Positions 24,201-35,235 of a stretch of 64,000 nt of DNA are shown here, piece after piece. Source of the DNA: Clostridia bacterium (GTDB lineage Bacteria > Bacillota > Clostridia > Oscillospirales > UBA644); NCBI GenBank assembly GCA_017623595.1, contig JAGAOU010000044.1, positions 173,319-237,318 of the forward strand, given 5' to 3'. Position numbers and translations under genes: made by a program. Every line of letters begins with the position of its first letter. Within the stretch, counting starts at the first letter, position 1. A model generated the notes under the pieces. That model did no database searches and was not told the DNA's origin. It worked only from the letters and a program-made list of their open reading frames with translations.

Positions 24201-25397
24201 ATGTATGTGCTATGGTCCTGGCTTCGATGGTTGATCGGATATGCGGAGGTTGAGATCCGCGGTGTCTACGGAGAGCGTTTTTTAACGCTCTGCATGAAGG
24301 AAGAAATCGATCTTTGGGCGATCCGTCGGGTTTGTCCCGGTATCATTCGTGTTTGCCTGTTTTCTTTTTCTCTTGGGAAATTGGAGCCCTTGGCCCGTAA
24401 AAGCGGCGTTACGTTGGATCATTGCCGTCGCGTGGGGTTTCCGACGGTTTTAAAGCGATACCGACTCCGTCCGGGGCTGTTTCTCGGCGGATTGCTTTAT
24501 CTGGGACTGATGCTGTTGCTTCCTTGTTTTGTCTGGTCTGTGGAAATTCCCGAGGCAAATCCGGTGCAGGCGGCACAGATTCGGTCTATCCTTGCGGACG
24601 AGGGGGTTGGCGTGGGAACCTTCGCTCCCTCTGTGGATTTTCGTCGGTTGAAATATCGTTTGATGCTGGAGGATGACGATGTATCCTTTGTGTCGGTGAA
24701 TATGCAAGGCTCCCGTGCCGTTGTGGTTGTGCATTTTGCCAAACCGGCGCCTGAAATTTCGGACAAAACGCCCTGTAACATCGTCGCTTCCCGTGATGGA
24801 CAGATTGTGTCGATTCTGGTGCGCAACGGTATTCGTTGTGTTCAAAAGGGGCAAACTGTTCAAAAGGGAGACCTGCTGGTGGGCGGTCTTGTGGATACCC
24901 GCTTGGGATATTATGCGGTCCATTCCGATGCGCAGATTTTCGCCCGTGTCACTGATATGGTGTCAGAAACCGTTTCTTTGACCCAAACCGTTGCCGAGCG
25001 GACCGGAAGGGTTTCTGTGCGGCGGATTTGGAATTTGTTCGGCAAGGAAATTGATGTTACACCCCACTTTTCCTGCCCTTATGCGCAATACGATACGGTA
25101 ACCGAGAAAAAGCACCTTTCCTTTGGAGAAGAGTCTGTGGTTCCCATCACTCTTACCGAGGTGTATTACTACGAAACGGTATCGCATCAAAAACAAATTT
25201 CACCCGAAGAGGCTGAGTTTTTCGCTCGCCGTCGGCTGGATGAAACCGACCGTCTGCGCCTTTGCGGCGTTCGGGTCGAATCGGTCAAGGAATCTGTATC
25301 TGCTTCCGCACAGGAGGTTACCGTTACCCGCGTGCGAAGTCTGATCGTGGATATTTGTGAGAAAAAAGAATTTTATTTTGAAAACGAAGGATCTTGA
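24201..25397 (+). CDS. yqfD: Sporulation protein YqfD
   Basis: Size, a single central TM and synteny (yqfC-yqfD-phoH) as in Bacillus. Confidence 0.85.
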   Translation: MYVLWSWLRWLIGYAEVEIRGVYGERFLTLCMKEEIDLWAIRRVCPGIIRVCLFSFSLGKLEPLARKSGVTLDHCRRVGFPTVLKRYRLRPGLFLGGLLYLGLMLLLPCFVWSVEIPEANPVQAAQIRSILADEGVGVGTFAPSVDFRRLKYRLMLEDDDVSFVSVNMQGSRAVVVVHFAKPAPEISDKTPCNIVASRDGQIVSILVRNGIRCVQKGQTVQKGDLLVGGLVDTRLGYYAVHSDAQIFARVTDMVSETVSLTQTVAERTGRVSVRRIWNLFGKEIDVTPHFSCPYAQYDTVTEKKHLSFGEESVVPITLTEVYYYETVSHQKQISPEEAEFFARRRLDETDRLRLCGVRVESVKESVSASAQEVTVTRVRSLIVDICEKKEFYFENEGS

Positions 25398-25401
25398 TAC
25401 T

Positions 25402-26367
25402 GTGGAAGAAATTTTAACCTTTGAATCCTTGGATGTCTTGTCCAATTTGTTCGGCCATCTGGATGAAAACATCCGTCGCATCGAAAATGAATTGAAGGTT
25501 TCTGTGACAAATCGGGGCGAGGAACTGAAAATCTCGGGCGCTCCGGAGGATGTGGCCGATGCAAAGAAGGTCATCGAGCTTCTGTCTGCGCTGGCGCAAA
25601 AGGGCGAGTTGATCGACGGGCAGACGGTGGCTTATTTTATCCTTTCCGTTCGGGAAGGAAGAGAAGAGTCTCTGTCCGACCTGGGTGGGGATTGCATCTG
25701 TATCACCTCCCGCGGTAAGCCCATTAAGCCGAAAACGCTGGGGCAAAAGGAATATATTGCTGCCATCCGTTCCAACACCGTCACCCTCGGCGTAGGGCCT
25801 GCGGGAACGGGGAAGACCTATCTTGCCGTTGCTATGGCGGTGACTGCTCTTCGGAACAAACAGGTTGATCGTATTGTTCTTACTCGTCCTGCTGTGGAAG
25901 CAGGGGAGAAACTGGGCTTTCTTCCCGGGGATCTGCAGGATAAGGTGGATCCCTATCTGCGTCCGCTCCACGATGCCCTTTTTGATTTTCTCGGTGTGGA
26001 CACTTATCAGAACTATCTGGAGAAAAATATTATCGAGGTTGCCCCTCTTGCCTATATGCGCGGTCGCACGTTGGACGATTCTTTTATCATTCTCGATGAA
26101 GCGCAAAACACCACCTGCGAGCAGATGAAAATGTTTCTGACCCGCCTTGGATTTCGCTCCAAGATTGTTATTACGGGGGATATCACTCAGATCGACCTTC
26201 CCGAAGGAAAGCAAAGCGGTTTGAAGCAGGCTATGAAGGTGCTTGAAAATATTGACGATATTTCCATACAGAAGCTTTCCGCCAAGGACGTGGTGCGTCA
26301 TGCGTTGGTTCAGAAGATCATTCGCGCCTACGATACCTATGCCGAAAAGCAGGGCCGCAAAAATTAA
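25402..26367 (+). CDS. phoH: PhoH family ATPase
   Basis: Walker A GPAGTGKTY and ILDEAQN. GTG at 25402 lies 10 nt after GAAGGA and 4 nt after the yqfD stop, giving about 321 aa. The track start at 25357 would overlap yqfD by 41 nt. Confidence 0.85.
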   Translation: MEEILTFESLDVLSNLFGHLDENIRRIENELKVSVTNRGEELKISGAPEDVADAKKVIELLSALAQKGELIDGQTVAYFILSVREGREESLSDLGGDCICITSRGKPIKPKTLGQKEYIAAIRSNTVTLGVGPAGTGKTYLAVAMAVTALRNKQVDRIVLTRPAVEAGEKLGFLPGDLQDKVDPYLRPLHDALFDFLGVDTYQNYLEKNIIEVAPLAYMRGRTLDDSFIILDEAQNTTCEQMKMFLTRLGFRSKIVITGDITQIDLPEGKQSGLKQAMKVLENIDDISIQKLSAKDVVRHALVQKIIRAYDTYAEKQGRKN

Positions 26368-26379
26368 GGAGATTGCGAA

Positions 26380-26847
26380 ATGAACCGTTGCCATGTCAGT
26401 TTTACCAATCAACAACGCAAGGAGCGCACGCCCAAGGTTTTGAAGGATTTGATTCGTTCTGCGGTGAATGCCGTGTTGGAATACGAGGGTGTGTTAGTGG
26501 AGAGCGAAATGTCTGTTCTCTTGGTTGACGATAGGGGAATTCGTGAGTTGAACCGGGATTTCCGCAACATCGACCGAGCTACCGACGTTCTTTCTTTTCC
26601 CTCAGGGGATTACCCCTTAGAAGATGGGGCGGATTACTTATACGTGGGAGATATGGCTCTCTCCTTGGAGCGAGCCCGCAAGCAGGCCGAGGAATACGGT
26701 CATTCCTATGAGCGGGAGGTTGCTTTCCTCACCGCCCATTCGGTGCTCCATTGTCTCGGCTATGATCATGTGGACGGGCCCGAGCAGGAGAAAGAGATGT
26801 TTTCCCGCCAAGAGGCCATCCTGCAAGGGATGGGGTTGACCCGATGA
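26380..26847 (+). CDS. ybeY: rRNA maturation endoribonuclease YbeY
   Basis: HSVLHCLGYDH zinc motif; 155 aa. Confidence 0.9.
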   Translation: MNRCHVSFTNQQRKERTPKVLKDLIRSAVNAVLEYEGVLVESEMSVLLVDDRGIRELNRDFRNIDRATDVLSFPSGDYPLEDGADYLYVGDMALSLERARKQAEEYGHSYEREVAFLTAHSVLHCLGYDHVDGPEQEKEMFSRQEAILQGMGLTR

Positions 26848-27314
26848 TTCATATGTTTCAGGCGATTTTTCGCGGATTCGGCTATGCCTTTCAAGGAATA
26901 TTCCGAACGGTGAAAGAAGAACGGAACTTCCGCATCCATCTGGTGGCCGTGCTTTCCGTAACGTGGTTCGCCTTTCTTTACGAAGTCACGGCAGGACAAG
27001 CCCTTGTTCTTGTGATCCTTTTCGCTCTTGTGCTTTCTCTGGAACTTCTGAACACCGCCGTGGAGCATACGGTGGATCTGATCACAAAAGAACCTTCCCT
27101 TCTTGCGAAAAAGGCAAAAGATGCCGCCGCAGGTGCGGTTCTCGTCTCCGCTCTCGGATCGGTAATTGTGGCCGTGCTGATGTTTTGTGATCCCGTCCAT
27201 TGGGCGATGGTGGGAGAGAAAATGACCTCTCCCATCCGCATTGTATGTTTGATTGTTTTTATCGTTTTTGCCCTATTCTTTGTCAAAGGGCGTACATCCC
27301 ATAAAAAAGATTGA
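26844..27314 (+). CDS. dgkA: Diacylglycerol kinase family protein (DgkA / undecaprenol kinase type)
   Basis: Small 3-TM protein with the ELLNTAVE motif. Its position after ybeY matches Bacillus. Confidence 0.85.
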   Translation: MIHMFQAIFRGFGYAFQGIFRTVKEERNFRIHLVAVLSVTWFAFLYEVTAGQALVLVILFALVLSLELLNTAVEHTVDLITKEPSLLAKKAKDAAAGAVLVSALGSVIVAVLMFCDPVHWAMVGEKMTSPIRIVCLIVFIVFALFFVKGRTSHKKD

Positions 27315-27330
27315 TTTTGAGAGGTAGTTT

Positions 27331-28212
27331 ATGAAAACCGCATTTGTATCCATTATCGGCCGCACCAATGTGGGCAAATCCACGCTGCTCAATGCCATTC
27401 TCGGAGAAAAAATCTCCATCATTTCCGATAAGCCTCAAACCACCCGCAGCCGCATCGTCGGAGTCTACAACGATAAGGATGTACAGATCGCCTTTATCGA
27501 TACGCCCGGCTTCCACCGTCCCGAAAACAAATTGGGAGCAAAAATGGTGGAGGTTGCCGAAGAGTCTATCGGGGATGTGGATCTGCTTCTGTTTGTGGCC
27601 GAGTGTCGCGCTCCCGGTTCCACCGAACGGGAGGTTCTGCGCCGTATCGCTCAATCGGGCCTTCCCTGTATTCTTGTCCTCAATAAGATCGACAAGGTTC
27701 GCAAGGACGAGATTCTCAAGGTTATCGCCGCCTATGCGGAGTTGCACGAATTCGATTCCGTCGTTCCCATCAGCGCTCTTCAGAAGGACGGTGTTAAGAT
27801 CGTTTTGGAGGAGATTCTCAAGCATACCGAGGACTCCGATATCGCATATTATCCCACCGATGCCGCCACCGATCGCTCCGAGCGTTATCTGGCAAGCGAA
27901 CTGGTTCGGGAAAAGCTTTTGCGGAATCTGCGGGAAGAGGTTCCCCACGGAACTGCCGTGGAAACGGTGCTTTTCCGCGACCGAGAGGACGGAAATCTGA
28001 CCGAGATTTATGTTAATATCATCTGCGAACGGGAGTCTCATAAAGGGATCATCATCGGGAAGCAGGGCACTATGCTCAAGAAAATTGCCACCGAAGCCCG
28101 CTCCGAGATCGAAAATCTCCTCGGCCGTAAGGTCTATTTGGAGTGCCGCGTCAAGGTGAAGGAAGATTGGCGCAATAATGAGTCTTTGATCAACGAATAC
28201 AATGAATTCTGA
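27331..28212 (+). CDS. era: GTPase Era
   Basis: GRTNVGKST (G1), DTPG (G3), NKID (G4) and a KH domain at the C-terminus. Confidence 0.95.
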   Translation: MKTAFVSIIGRTNVGKSTLLNAILGEKISIISDKPQTTRSRIVGVYNDKDVQIAFIDTPGFHRPENKLGAKMVEVAEESIGDVDLLLFVAECRAPGSTEREVLRRIAQSGLPCILVLNKIDKVRKDEILKVIAAYAELHEFDSVVPISALQKDGVKIVLEEILKHTEDSDIAYYPTDAATDRSERYLASELVREKLLRNLREEVPHGTAVETVLFRDREDGNLTEIYVNIICERESHKGIIIGKQGTMLKKIATEARSEIENLLGRKVYLECRVKVKEDWRNNESLINEYNEF

Positions 28213-28228
28213 GTAAGGAGTTTCTTGC

Positions 28229-28942
28229 ATGGATGTTCTCACCGACGGGATCGTACTCAAGTCTCGCCCCTATGGGGAGCGGGATCGGATCCTGACCCTT
28301 TTGACCCCGGAACACGGACGGATCACCGTTCTTGCCCGTTCTGTGGGGAAAAATAAAAAGCAGTCGGTGTTGTATGCTCAGAATTTCGTCTTTTCTCATT
28401 ATGTGCTTTTCAAGGGAAAAGGTATGTATGTTGTGGATTCCGCAGAGGTTGCGGAGTCCTTTTACGGTCTGCGGCAGGACATTACCCGTCTTGCTTTGGC
28501 GCAGTATTTTGCCGATGTGGCGTCAAAAAGCGGTGAGGAGAGCGATGCCGCCGCGTTGTGCTCGTTGCTCCTCAATTCCCTGTATCTTCTTAGTGCTACA
28601 GAGTTGGATGAGCGACTGATCAAACTGGTGTTTGAGACAAAGTATTGTGTGATCGAAGGTTTGTTTCCTTCGGTTCGTTGTGTACATTGCGACAAAGAAC
28701 CTACAAAATGGTCCTTTAAAGGGGGCTTTTTCTGCGATTCCTGCGGAGATGGCTATCCCATTACCCAAGGAATGGTTGCGGCTTTGCGCCATATGGCGGA
28801 AACGGAAGGAAAGAAGGCTTATCTTTTCTCCATGAACGAGGATTCCTCCCGCTACCTTTCCAAGCTTCTCTCCGATTATGTTTCCTATGTCACCGATACG
28901 GAGTATTCCTCCCTTGCCTATTACAAATCACTTCTTATCTGA
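28229..28942 (+). CDS. recO: DNA repair protein RecO
   Basis: OB-fold N-terminus, a CxxC...CxxC zinc motif (CVHCDK...CDSCGD) and synteny after era. Confidence 0.9.
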   Translation: MDVLTDGIVLKSRPYGERDRILTLLTPEHGRITVLARSVGKNKKQSVLYAQNFVFSHYVLFKGKGMYVVDSAEVAESFYGLRQDITRLALAQYFADVASKSGEESDAAALCSLLLNSLYLLSATELDERLIKLVFETKYCVIEGLFPSVRCVHCDKEPTKWSFKGGFFCDSCGDGYPITQGMVAALRHMAETEGKKAYLFSMNEDSSRYLSKLLSDYVSYVTDTEYSSLAYYKSLLI

Positions 28943-28951
28943 GGTCAATCT

Positions 28952-31303
28952 ATGGATGAATTGAATTCTCTCGAATATTATAAAATTTTGGAACGGCTGG
29001 CTGTTCATGCCATTTCCGATCCCGCAAAAGAGCTCTGTCGGGATCTGCGTCCCCATGCTACGGCATGGGAAGCCCGCCGTGCTTTGGAAGAGACCGATGC
29101 GGCGCTGACCATTCTGCAACGCTACGGAGCTCCTTCTTTTTCCGATTTGAAAAATATTGTTTCTGCCGCCCGACGTGCTCAGAACGGTGCAACCTTGGCG
29201 ATTTCCGAACTGTTGGCGGTGGCGGATTTGTTGCGTATTGTCCGTGCCCTTGGGGAAAATCGCCCTTCGGAAAGCGGCGCCTTGTCCGAATATTTCGACG
29301 GTCTTGTGTCCGATGTTTTGCTGGAAAACAGCATTAACGCCGCCTTCCCCTCGCCTGAAGAGGTGTCCGATGCGGCTTCGTCCACCTTGCGCGATATTCG
29401 TCGTAAACAATCCAATGCCCGTGCCAAAATTCGAAATGTGCTGGACAGTTATCTCCGTTCCGCAGGGCAATATCTGCAGGACGCTATTGTTACCATTCGT
29501 AACGACCGTTATGTATTGCCCGTTCGTGCCGAATGCCGCAATGATGTCCCCGGTTTGGTGCATGATACCTCCTCCAGTGGGGCTACGGTGTTTATCGAAC
29601 CAATGGCCGTTGTGAATGCCAACAATGAAATTGCCGTCCTTGCTGCAGAAGAACGGCGGGAGATTGATAAGATCCTTATGTCCTTCTCTCAGCAGGTGGG
29701 GGATCGGGCCGATTGGCTGATTCACGACTTCAAAACTGTTTGTTTCTTCGATTTCTGTTTTGCAAAGGCTCGCTATGCTACCGAAATTTCCGCCTTCATG
29801 CCAAACCTCACCGAGGACGGACATACGGTGCTCACGGCCGCCCGTCATCCCTTGATTTCCAAGGATAAAGTGGTGGCTATCGATGTTTCCATCGGCAAGG
29901 ATTATTCGGTTCTCATCGTCACGGGTCCCAACACCGGCGGTAAGACCGTTTCTTTGAAAACGCTGGGATTGGCCTGTCTGATGGCGAAATCGGGGCTCTT
30001 TGTCTGCGCCAAGGAAGGCTCTCCCGTGGCGTTCTATGACCGCATTTTTGCCGATATCGGTGATGAGCAGAGCATTGAGCAATCCCTTTCTACCTTCTCG
30101 GCCCATATGACCAATATCATCTCCATTTTAGGACAGTTGACCGAGAATTCCTTGGTTCTTTTGGATGAATTGGGCAGCGGAACCGATCCTTCGGAAGGTG
30201 CGGCTCTGGCCATGTCCATTATTGAGACCATTCAATCCATGGGTGCAAAGATCATGTGCACCACCCACTATGCGGAGTTGAAGCTTTATGCTTTGGAGAC
30301 GCCCGATGTGGAAAATGCCTCCTGCGAGTTCGATGTGGCCACCCTGCGTCCCACCTACCGTCTGATTACGGGAATTCCCGGGAAATCCAACGCCTTTGCT
30401 ATTGTGAGCAAATTGGGGATGGATGATCTGGTTATTCAGGGGGCAAAATATCACCTCGACAACGAAACGGTAAAGCTGGAAAGTGTTCTTGCCGATCTTG
30501 AAACCACACGAAAAACGCTGGAATACGATAAAAAGCAGGCGGAAGAACTCCGCTTTGAGGCACAATGTGCGCTGAACCGCGCAAAAGCCGAACGGGAAGA
30601 GCTGGAAGCAAAGGCGCAGGCACAGTTGGATGAAGCCAAGCGTAAAGCTGCCGACATCATCGATCAGGCGCGCAGAGATACCGATCGTCTTTTGGATGAA
30701 ATCGATGAATTGCGTAAGGCGAAGGATCGGGAAGATTTTCGTGAGAAAATCGGCGCCGTTAAAAAATCCACCGCCGATAAACTGGATCAGATGGAATCTT
30801 CCGTCACTCCCAAACGTGAAAAGAAACCCTTGCCCCGACCCTTGAAGGTAGGGGATACGGTGAAGGTGGTCTCCCTGGGGAAAACCGCCGCTGTTCTTGC
30901 GTTGCCTGACAACAAGAAGGCAGTGCAGGTTCAGATCGGTATTATCAAAACAAAGGTTGCTCTGGACGATCTGGAGTTAGTGGAGCAGAAGGCTAAGGCC
31001 CCTCAACCTCCCAAGGGAAAGAGTGTCTATTCCCTCGGACGGGAAACCCGTGATGTTACCAACGAGCTGGATCTCCGCGGTATGACGATTTTGGAAGCCG
31101 AACCCTTAGTGGAAAGCTTTTTGGACAGTTGCCAAATGTCGGGGCTCACCACCGTGAGCATAATTCACGGAAAAGGAACGGGTGCACTCCGTCAGGGCGT
31201 CCATGCTATGCTCCGTCGTGAGCGATCGGTTCAATCCTTCCGCCTCGGTGTTTACGGAGAAGGGGAGACAGGGGTTACCATCGTTACCCTGAAACAGGGA
31301 TGA
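28952..31303 (+). CDS. mutS2: Endonuclease MutS2
   Basis: Walker A GPNTGGKT, MutS domain V and a C-terminal Smr domain (LDLRG...IIHGKGTGALR). Confidence 0.95.
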   Translation: MDELNSLEYYKILERLAVHAISDPAKELCRDLRPHATAWEARRALEETDAALTILQRYGAPSFSDLKNIVSAARRAQNGATLAISELLAVADLLRIVRALGENRPSESGALSEYFDGLVSDVLLENSINAAFPSPEEVSDAASSTLRDIRRKQSNARAKIRNVLDSYLRSAGQYLQDAIVTIRNDRYVLPVRAECRNDVPGLVHDTSSSGATVFIEPMAVVNANNEIAVLAAEERREIDKILMSFSQQVGDRADWLIHDFKTVCFFDFCFAKARYATEISAFMPNLTEDGHTVLTAARHPLISKDKVVAIDVSIGKDYSVLIVTGPNTGGKTVSLKTLGLACLMAKSGLFVCAKEGSPVAFYDRIFADIGDEQSIEQSLSTFSAHMTNIISILGQLTENSLVLLDELGSGTDPSEGAALAMSIIETIQSMGAKIMCTTHYAELKLYALETPDVENASCEFDVATLRPTYRLITGIPGKSNAFAIVSKLGMDDLVIQGAKYHLDNETVKLESVLADLETTRKTLEYDKKQAEELRFEAQCALNRAKAEREELEAKAQAQLDEAKRKAADIIDQARRDTDRLLDEIDELRKAKDREDFREKIGAVKKSTADKLDQMESSVTPKREKKPLPRPLKVGDTVKVVSLGKTAAVLALPDNKKAVQVQIGIIKTKVALDDLELVEQKAKAPQPPKGKSVYSLGRETRDVTNELDLRGMTILEAEPLVESFLDSCQMSGLTTVSIIHGKGTGALRQGVHAMLRRERSVQSFRLGVYGEGETGVTIVTLKQG

Positions 31304-33681
31304 GGCGCGGATCCTTTTCTGCCGCAATCATTCTGTGCATCGTCTCGCTTCTGAGTTGGTTTGTACCGTCGTTGATCCTTCCCTTGATCGGTGTTTCGGC
31401 GCTTCTTGCAATTGTTTCTCTGATCATTTTTTTGAAAAACCGCAAAATTATCTTTCGGGATCTTTTGTTTTATGCGGTGTGCCTTCTTTTGTCCTTGTCC
31501 TTCTTTTTCCCTGTAGTGACCGATCATTATCGCACTGCGGAGGCTTTTGAGGGGCAGCAGGTGAGTGGCACTGTTGTGCTGACCGAGGATCCGAAATTGA
31601 TGTCGACGGGGACATATCGCTATACGGTCCGCTTTGTGGATGGAGAGCCCTTTTCACAGAAATTCATTTTTTTCAGCCAAATGTATTTTACCGAAGCGGG
31701 CGGCACGGTGACTGCGGAATTCACTTTCTCGCTGCCCGAAGATGAATATGCCTTTCAGAATCTTTCCGAGGGCGTTGTTCTGATGGCGAAGCTGGATACA
31801 TATTGGGAGGAGGTCGTTTATACCGATCCCGAATCATCCTTTACCGCATTGACGGGAAAGGTTCAGCGGTATGTACAGACCACCCTTCTTCGCCACATGG
31901 GCGAGGGCTTTGGTGGGTTTATGACCGCCGTGCTCACAGGGAATAAGGAATCCATGTCTGCCCGTGATTACGCCGCTCTTTCCAATACCGGAATGCTTCA
32001 TATTGTGGCGGTTTCGGGGCTGCATGTGTCGATTTTTGTGTCCTTTGTGCTTTTCTTTTTGCAGAAGCTCCGCGCACCCCGCTTGCGTATTGTTTTATCC
32101 TTTTTGTCCCTCTTCTGTATTCTCTTCTTTTCGGGCTTTACACCCTCGGTCTGCCGTGCGGTGATAATGAACGGGATTGTCTTTCTCCATCGGGGACTGT
32201 CCCGCGATTCCGATGGATTGAATCGTCTTGGGGTTGCGGCCATTGTTGTCCTTTTGGTATCTCCTTATGCGGGATTGTCTCTTTCGTTTCAATTGTCCTT
32301 TGCGGCGGCGCTGGGAATTCTTCTTTTTGCTTCGCCCATGACTGACACATTGATCCAATTCCTCTTTGTCAAAGCCCATGTAATCTGCGGAAGTGTGTTG
32401 CGAAACGGTATCTCCCTCTTTTCCATGTCTGCCGCATCCTTCCTCTTAACATTGCCGATTCTTTGGCTTCGCATCGGGACCTATTCTGTGTGGTCACTGC
32501 TTCTTTCTCCCGTGATTTTGCCCGTGTTGGAGGTCTGCTTCTTCGCGGTGTTGGTTCTTTTGATCTTGTCTTTGATTCCTTTTCTCGGTGTTGTATGCCA
32601 ATTTCTCGGATCTTTAATTCGTTACGGAGTGAATTTTATGACGTTTCTTGCTTCTTCTGCCGCGTCGATTATTGAAATGGTTCAGTCGATCCCGCCCATG
32701 GCGGTTTGGATCATTGCAGGTGCATTGATTCTTCTTTCGGTTGTGATGTTCCTGATTCCCGGTGCGAACACCAAAGGAAAACGGAAAAAGAAACAGATGA
32801 TTCGTAAGGGGATCTCGCTGATACTATTTGCCATTGCCCTTCTTTCTGCTTATCAGGTTGCGGACCATGTGGGCGGAAATATTGCCGAAGGGCAGGTTTC
32901 GCCCGACAAAGGAGTGCTTCAGACCGCATTTCTTGATGTGGGGCAGGGAAACTGCTTTGTTTCGGTTTTGGACGATATGGCTTATGTTGTGGACTGCGGC
33001 GGAACCAAGGATCCCGGGCATGTGGCCTCCGATTACCTGACCTCTATGGGCATCGATACTGTGGAATTTGTCCTTATTTCTCATCTCCACTCCGACCACG
33101 CCAACGGTCTTGAAGATCTCTGCGAGGAAAAGCAAATCAAAGAGATCATTATTCCCTATACCGAAGGCGATGCCTCTCTGTATGCGAAAATCACAGCTCT
33201 TGCCGCCGAAGAAGGGGCAACGTTGACCGTTTTGCAGGAGGATGCGGTGCGCTCTTTCGGTGCCTCCACCCTGCGAATGCTGACCAAGCATCTGGATCCC
33301 ACCTCCGATGATCAGAACGAAAATTCCATCGTCGGGCTCTGTGAATACGGTAATTACCGCGTTCTGTTTACGGGTGACATTACCGACGATGCGGAAAAGC
33401 GCCTTGTGAATGCATACAAAAGCGGGCTGAAATGCGATGTGCTGTCGGTTCCGCACCATGGGTCCAAGAGTTCTTCCTGTGATGAATTTTTGCAGGCGAC
33501 TTCTCCCGTGTATGCCGTCATTTCTGTCGGCGCAAAGAATACATACGGTCATCCCACCGTTGAGGCAATGAATCGTATTGCCGCGATTGGGGCTACCATA
33601 CTGCGGACCGATGAAGCTTCTACCGTTGTGATTCGTTCCGACGGTGTAAAGATGGAGGTTGTGTCTTCCGATGAGTCTTGA
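31300..33681 (+). CDS. comEC: DNA internalization-related competence protein ComEC/Rec2
   Basis: Polytopic competence domain plus a C-terminal metallo-beta-lactamase domain (HLHSDH). ATGA overlap with mutS2. Confidence 0.9.
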   Translation: MRRGSFSAAIILCIVSLLSWFVPSLILPLIGVSALLAIVSLIIFLKNRKIIFRDLLFYAVCLLLSLSFFFPVVTDHYRTAEAFEGQQVSGTVVLTEDPKLMSTGTYRYTVRFVDGEPFSQKFIFFSQMYFTEAGGTVTAEFTFSLPEDEYAFQNLSEGVVLMAKLDTYWEEVVYTDPESSFTALTGKVQRYVQTTLLRHMGEGFGGFMTAVLTGNKESMSARDYAALSNTGMLHIVAVSGLHVSIFVSFVLFFLQKLRAPRLRIVLSFLSLFCILFFSGFTPSVCRAVIMNGIVFLHRGLSRDSDGLNRLGVAAIVVLLVSPYAGLSLSFQLSFAAALGILLFASPMTDTLIQFLFVKAHVICGSVLRNGISLFSMSAASFLLTLPILWLRIGTYSVWSLLLSPVILPVLEVCFFAVLVLLILSLIPFLGVVCQFLGSLIRYGVNFMTFLASSAASIIEMVQSIPPMAVWIIAGALILLSVVMFLIPGANTKGKRKKKQMIRKGISLILFAIALLSAYQVADHVGGNIAEGQVSPDKGVLQTAFLDVGQGNCFVSVLDDMAYVVDCGGTKDPGHVASDYLTSMGIDTVEFVLISHLHSDHANGLEDLCEEKQIKEIIIPYTEGDASLYAKITALAAEEGATLTVLQEDAVRSFGASTLRMLTKHLDPTSDDQNENSIVGLCEYGNYRVLFTGDITDDAEKRLVNAYKSGLKCDVLSVPHHGSKSSSCDEFLQATSPVYAVISVGAKNTYGHPTVEAMNRIAAIGATILRTDEASTVVIRSDGVKMEVVSSDES

Positions 33682-34663
33682 ACACCTCAAACAGGATATT
33701 GAAACAAAATCCTTTCGTCGAATCTATTATTTTTATGGTTCTGAGCCCTATCTCAAGCGGTTTTATTTGAATTCTCTCTTTTCTGCGGTTCTGCCCGACA
33801 ATCGGGATACCGATTTGCACCGTTATGAGGGCAAAGGTTTGGATGTGGATATTTTTTCCGAAGAGCTTTGGCTTTGCCCCATGGGGGAATACAAGGTTAT
33901 GCTGATTTCGGATCTGCCAAACACCTCACCTGTAGCGGAATTTCTGGCAAGCGATGAGTGTGACATCGGGGAAGATACGGTGGTTGTGATCTATCAACAA
34001 ACTGAGTCTCCCGATACGCGCACCAAAGCATTTAAGGCCTTGAAGCATAGGCTGGACAAGGACGGCCTCTTGGTTGAAATCAAAACGGTGGATGAAGCCA
34101 CCTTGACCCGTTGGGTTGCCCAGCAGTTTCGTCGTCACGGTTGTGAGATTGCACCGCCCGAGGTGGCGTATTTTCTGTCTGTGGAAGAGCGCAATATGGA
34201 ATCCATGCTCACTGAGATTGAGAAAATCTCCGCTTATTGCAACGGCACTGTTACCCGCGATGCACTTGAGCGCCTTTGTGTGAAAACCGTGCAGGCAAGA
34301 GCCTATGAATTGAACGACCTTTTGCTTCAGAAAAAGCCCGATGCAGTATTTGCCGTTTGGAACGATCTCAGGGCTCTTCGTACACCTCCGCAGATGGTTC
34401 TCGGATCTCTTTTTTCTTGTTTTGCCAATTTGTACAAGCTTAAAATTCTGGAAAATCAGCCTGAGGCTGTCCGTGTGAAGGAAACGGGGCTGAAGTCGTT
34501 CCCTGTGCGAAAATACGGGGAATATCTGGCGAAAATCCCCTTGGCGCGCATTGATCGTCTGATGGAATCCTGCGCTGAAATCGACGTGCTTTCCAAGTCC
34601 TCTCGCATTGACGGAGATCTTTTGGTTGTACGGCTTCTCAACGAAGCCTTGGAGTTGTTATGA
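33671..34663 (+). CDS. holA: DNA polymerase III subunit delta
   Basis: ATG at 33671 overlaps the comEC stop. HolA-like length and pattern, and the classic comEC-holA synteny. Confidence 0.85.
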   Translation: MSLEHLKQDIETKSFRRIYYFYGSEPYLKRFYLNSLFSAVLPDNRDTDLHRYEGKGLDVDIFSEELWLCPMGEYKVMLISDLPNTSPVAEFLASDECDIGEDTVVVIYQQTESPDTRTKAFKALKHRLDKDGLLVEIKTVDEATLTRWVAQQFRRHGCEIAPPEVAYFLSVEERNMESMLTEIEKISAYCNGTVTRDALERLCVKTVQARAYELNDLLLQKKPDAVFAVWNDLRALRTPPQMVLGSLFSCFANLYKLKILENQPEAVRVKETGLKSFPVRKYGEYLAKIPLARIDRLMESCAEIDVLSKSSRIDGDLLVVRLLNEALELL

Positions 34664-35235
34664 TCCGTGTCGACAGAGCGATCGTTGTGGAGGGAAAGTA
34701 CGACCGCATAGCTTTGACCCGTGTTGTGGATGGGGTGATAGTGGAAACCGGAGGCTTCGGGATCTTTTCCGATGACAAAAAGCTGGAGACCCTTCGCACT
34801 CTTGCCCGACAAAGGGGTTTGATTTTGCTTACCGATTCCGATCGGTCGGGAATGGCGATCCGTAATTATCTCATCGGCGCCATCGGTCCGCAATACATTC
34901 TGAATGCCTATATTCCCGATTGCTACGGCAAGGAAAAGCGTAAGAAGCATCCTTCCGTCGAAGGAAAATTAGGGGTGGAAGGCATGTCCGAAGAGGTTTT
35001 GTCTCAGGTGTTGGGATTTGCCGCCCGTCCTCGGGAGAGAAAGACCGATCCCATCACCAATGCTGATCTTTTTAATCGAGGCTTTCTTGGAAAACCCGAC
35101 AGTAGTGCGCGTCGCGCCGAATATCAGAAAAAGCTGGGACTTCCTGCCCACCTTTCCCCTCGGAAATTTGCGGAGATTCTGAATTTTCTGCGCTCCCGAG
35201 AAGAATTTTTCCGTGAAACGGAGGAGTTATTATGA
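34660..35235 (+). CDS. Toprim domain protein (RNase M5-like / DUF4093-type)
   Basis: IVVEGKYD...LLTDSDRSG is a Toprim signature; 191 aa. Confidence 0.65.
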   Translation: MIRVDRAIVVEGKYDRIALTRVVDGVIVETGGFGIFSDDKKLETLRTLARQRGLILLTDSDRSGMAIRNYLIGAIGPQYILNAYIPDCYGKEKRKKHPSVEGKLGVEGMSEEVLSQVLGFAARPRERKTDPITNADLFNRGFLGKPDSSARRAEYQKKLGLPAHLSPRKFAEILNFLRSREEFFRETEELL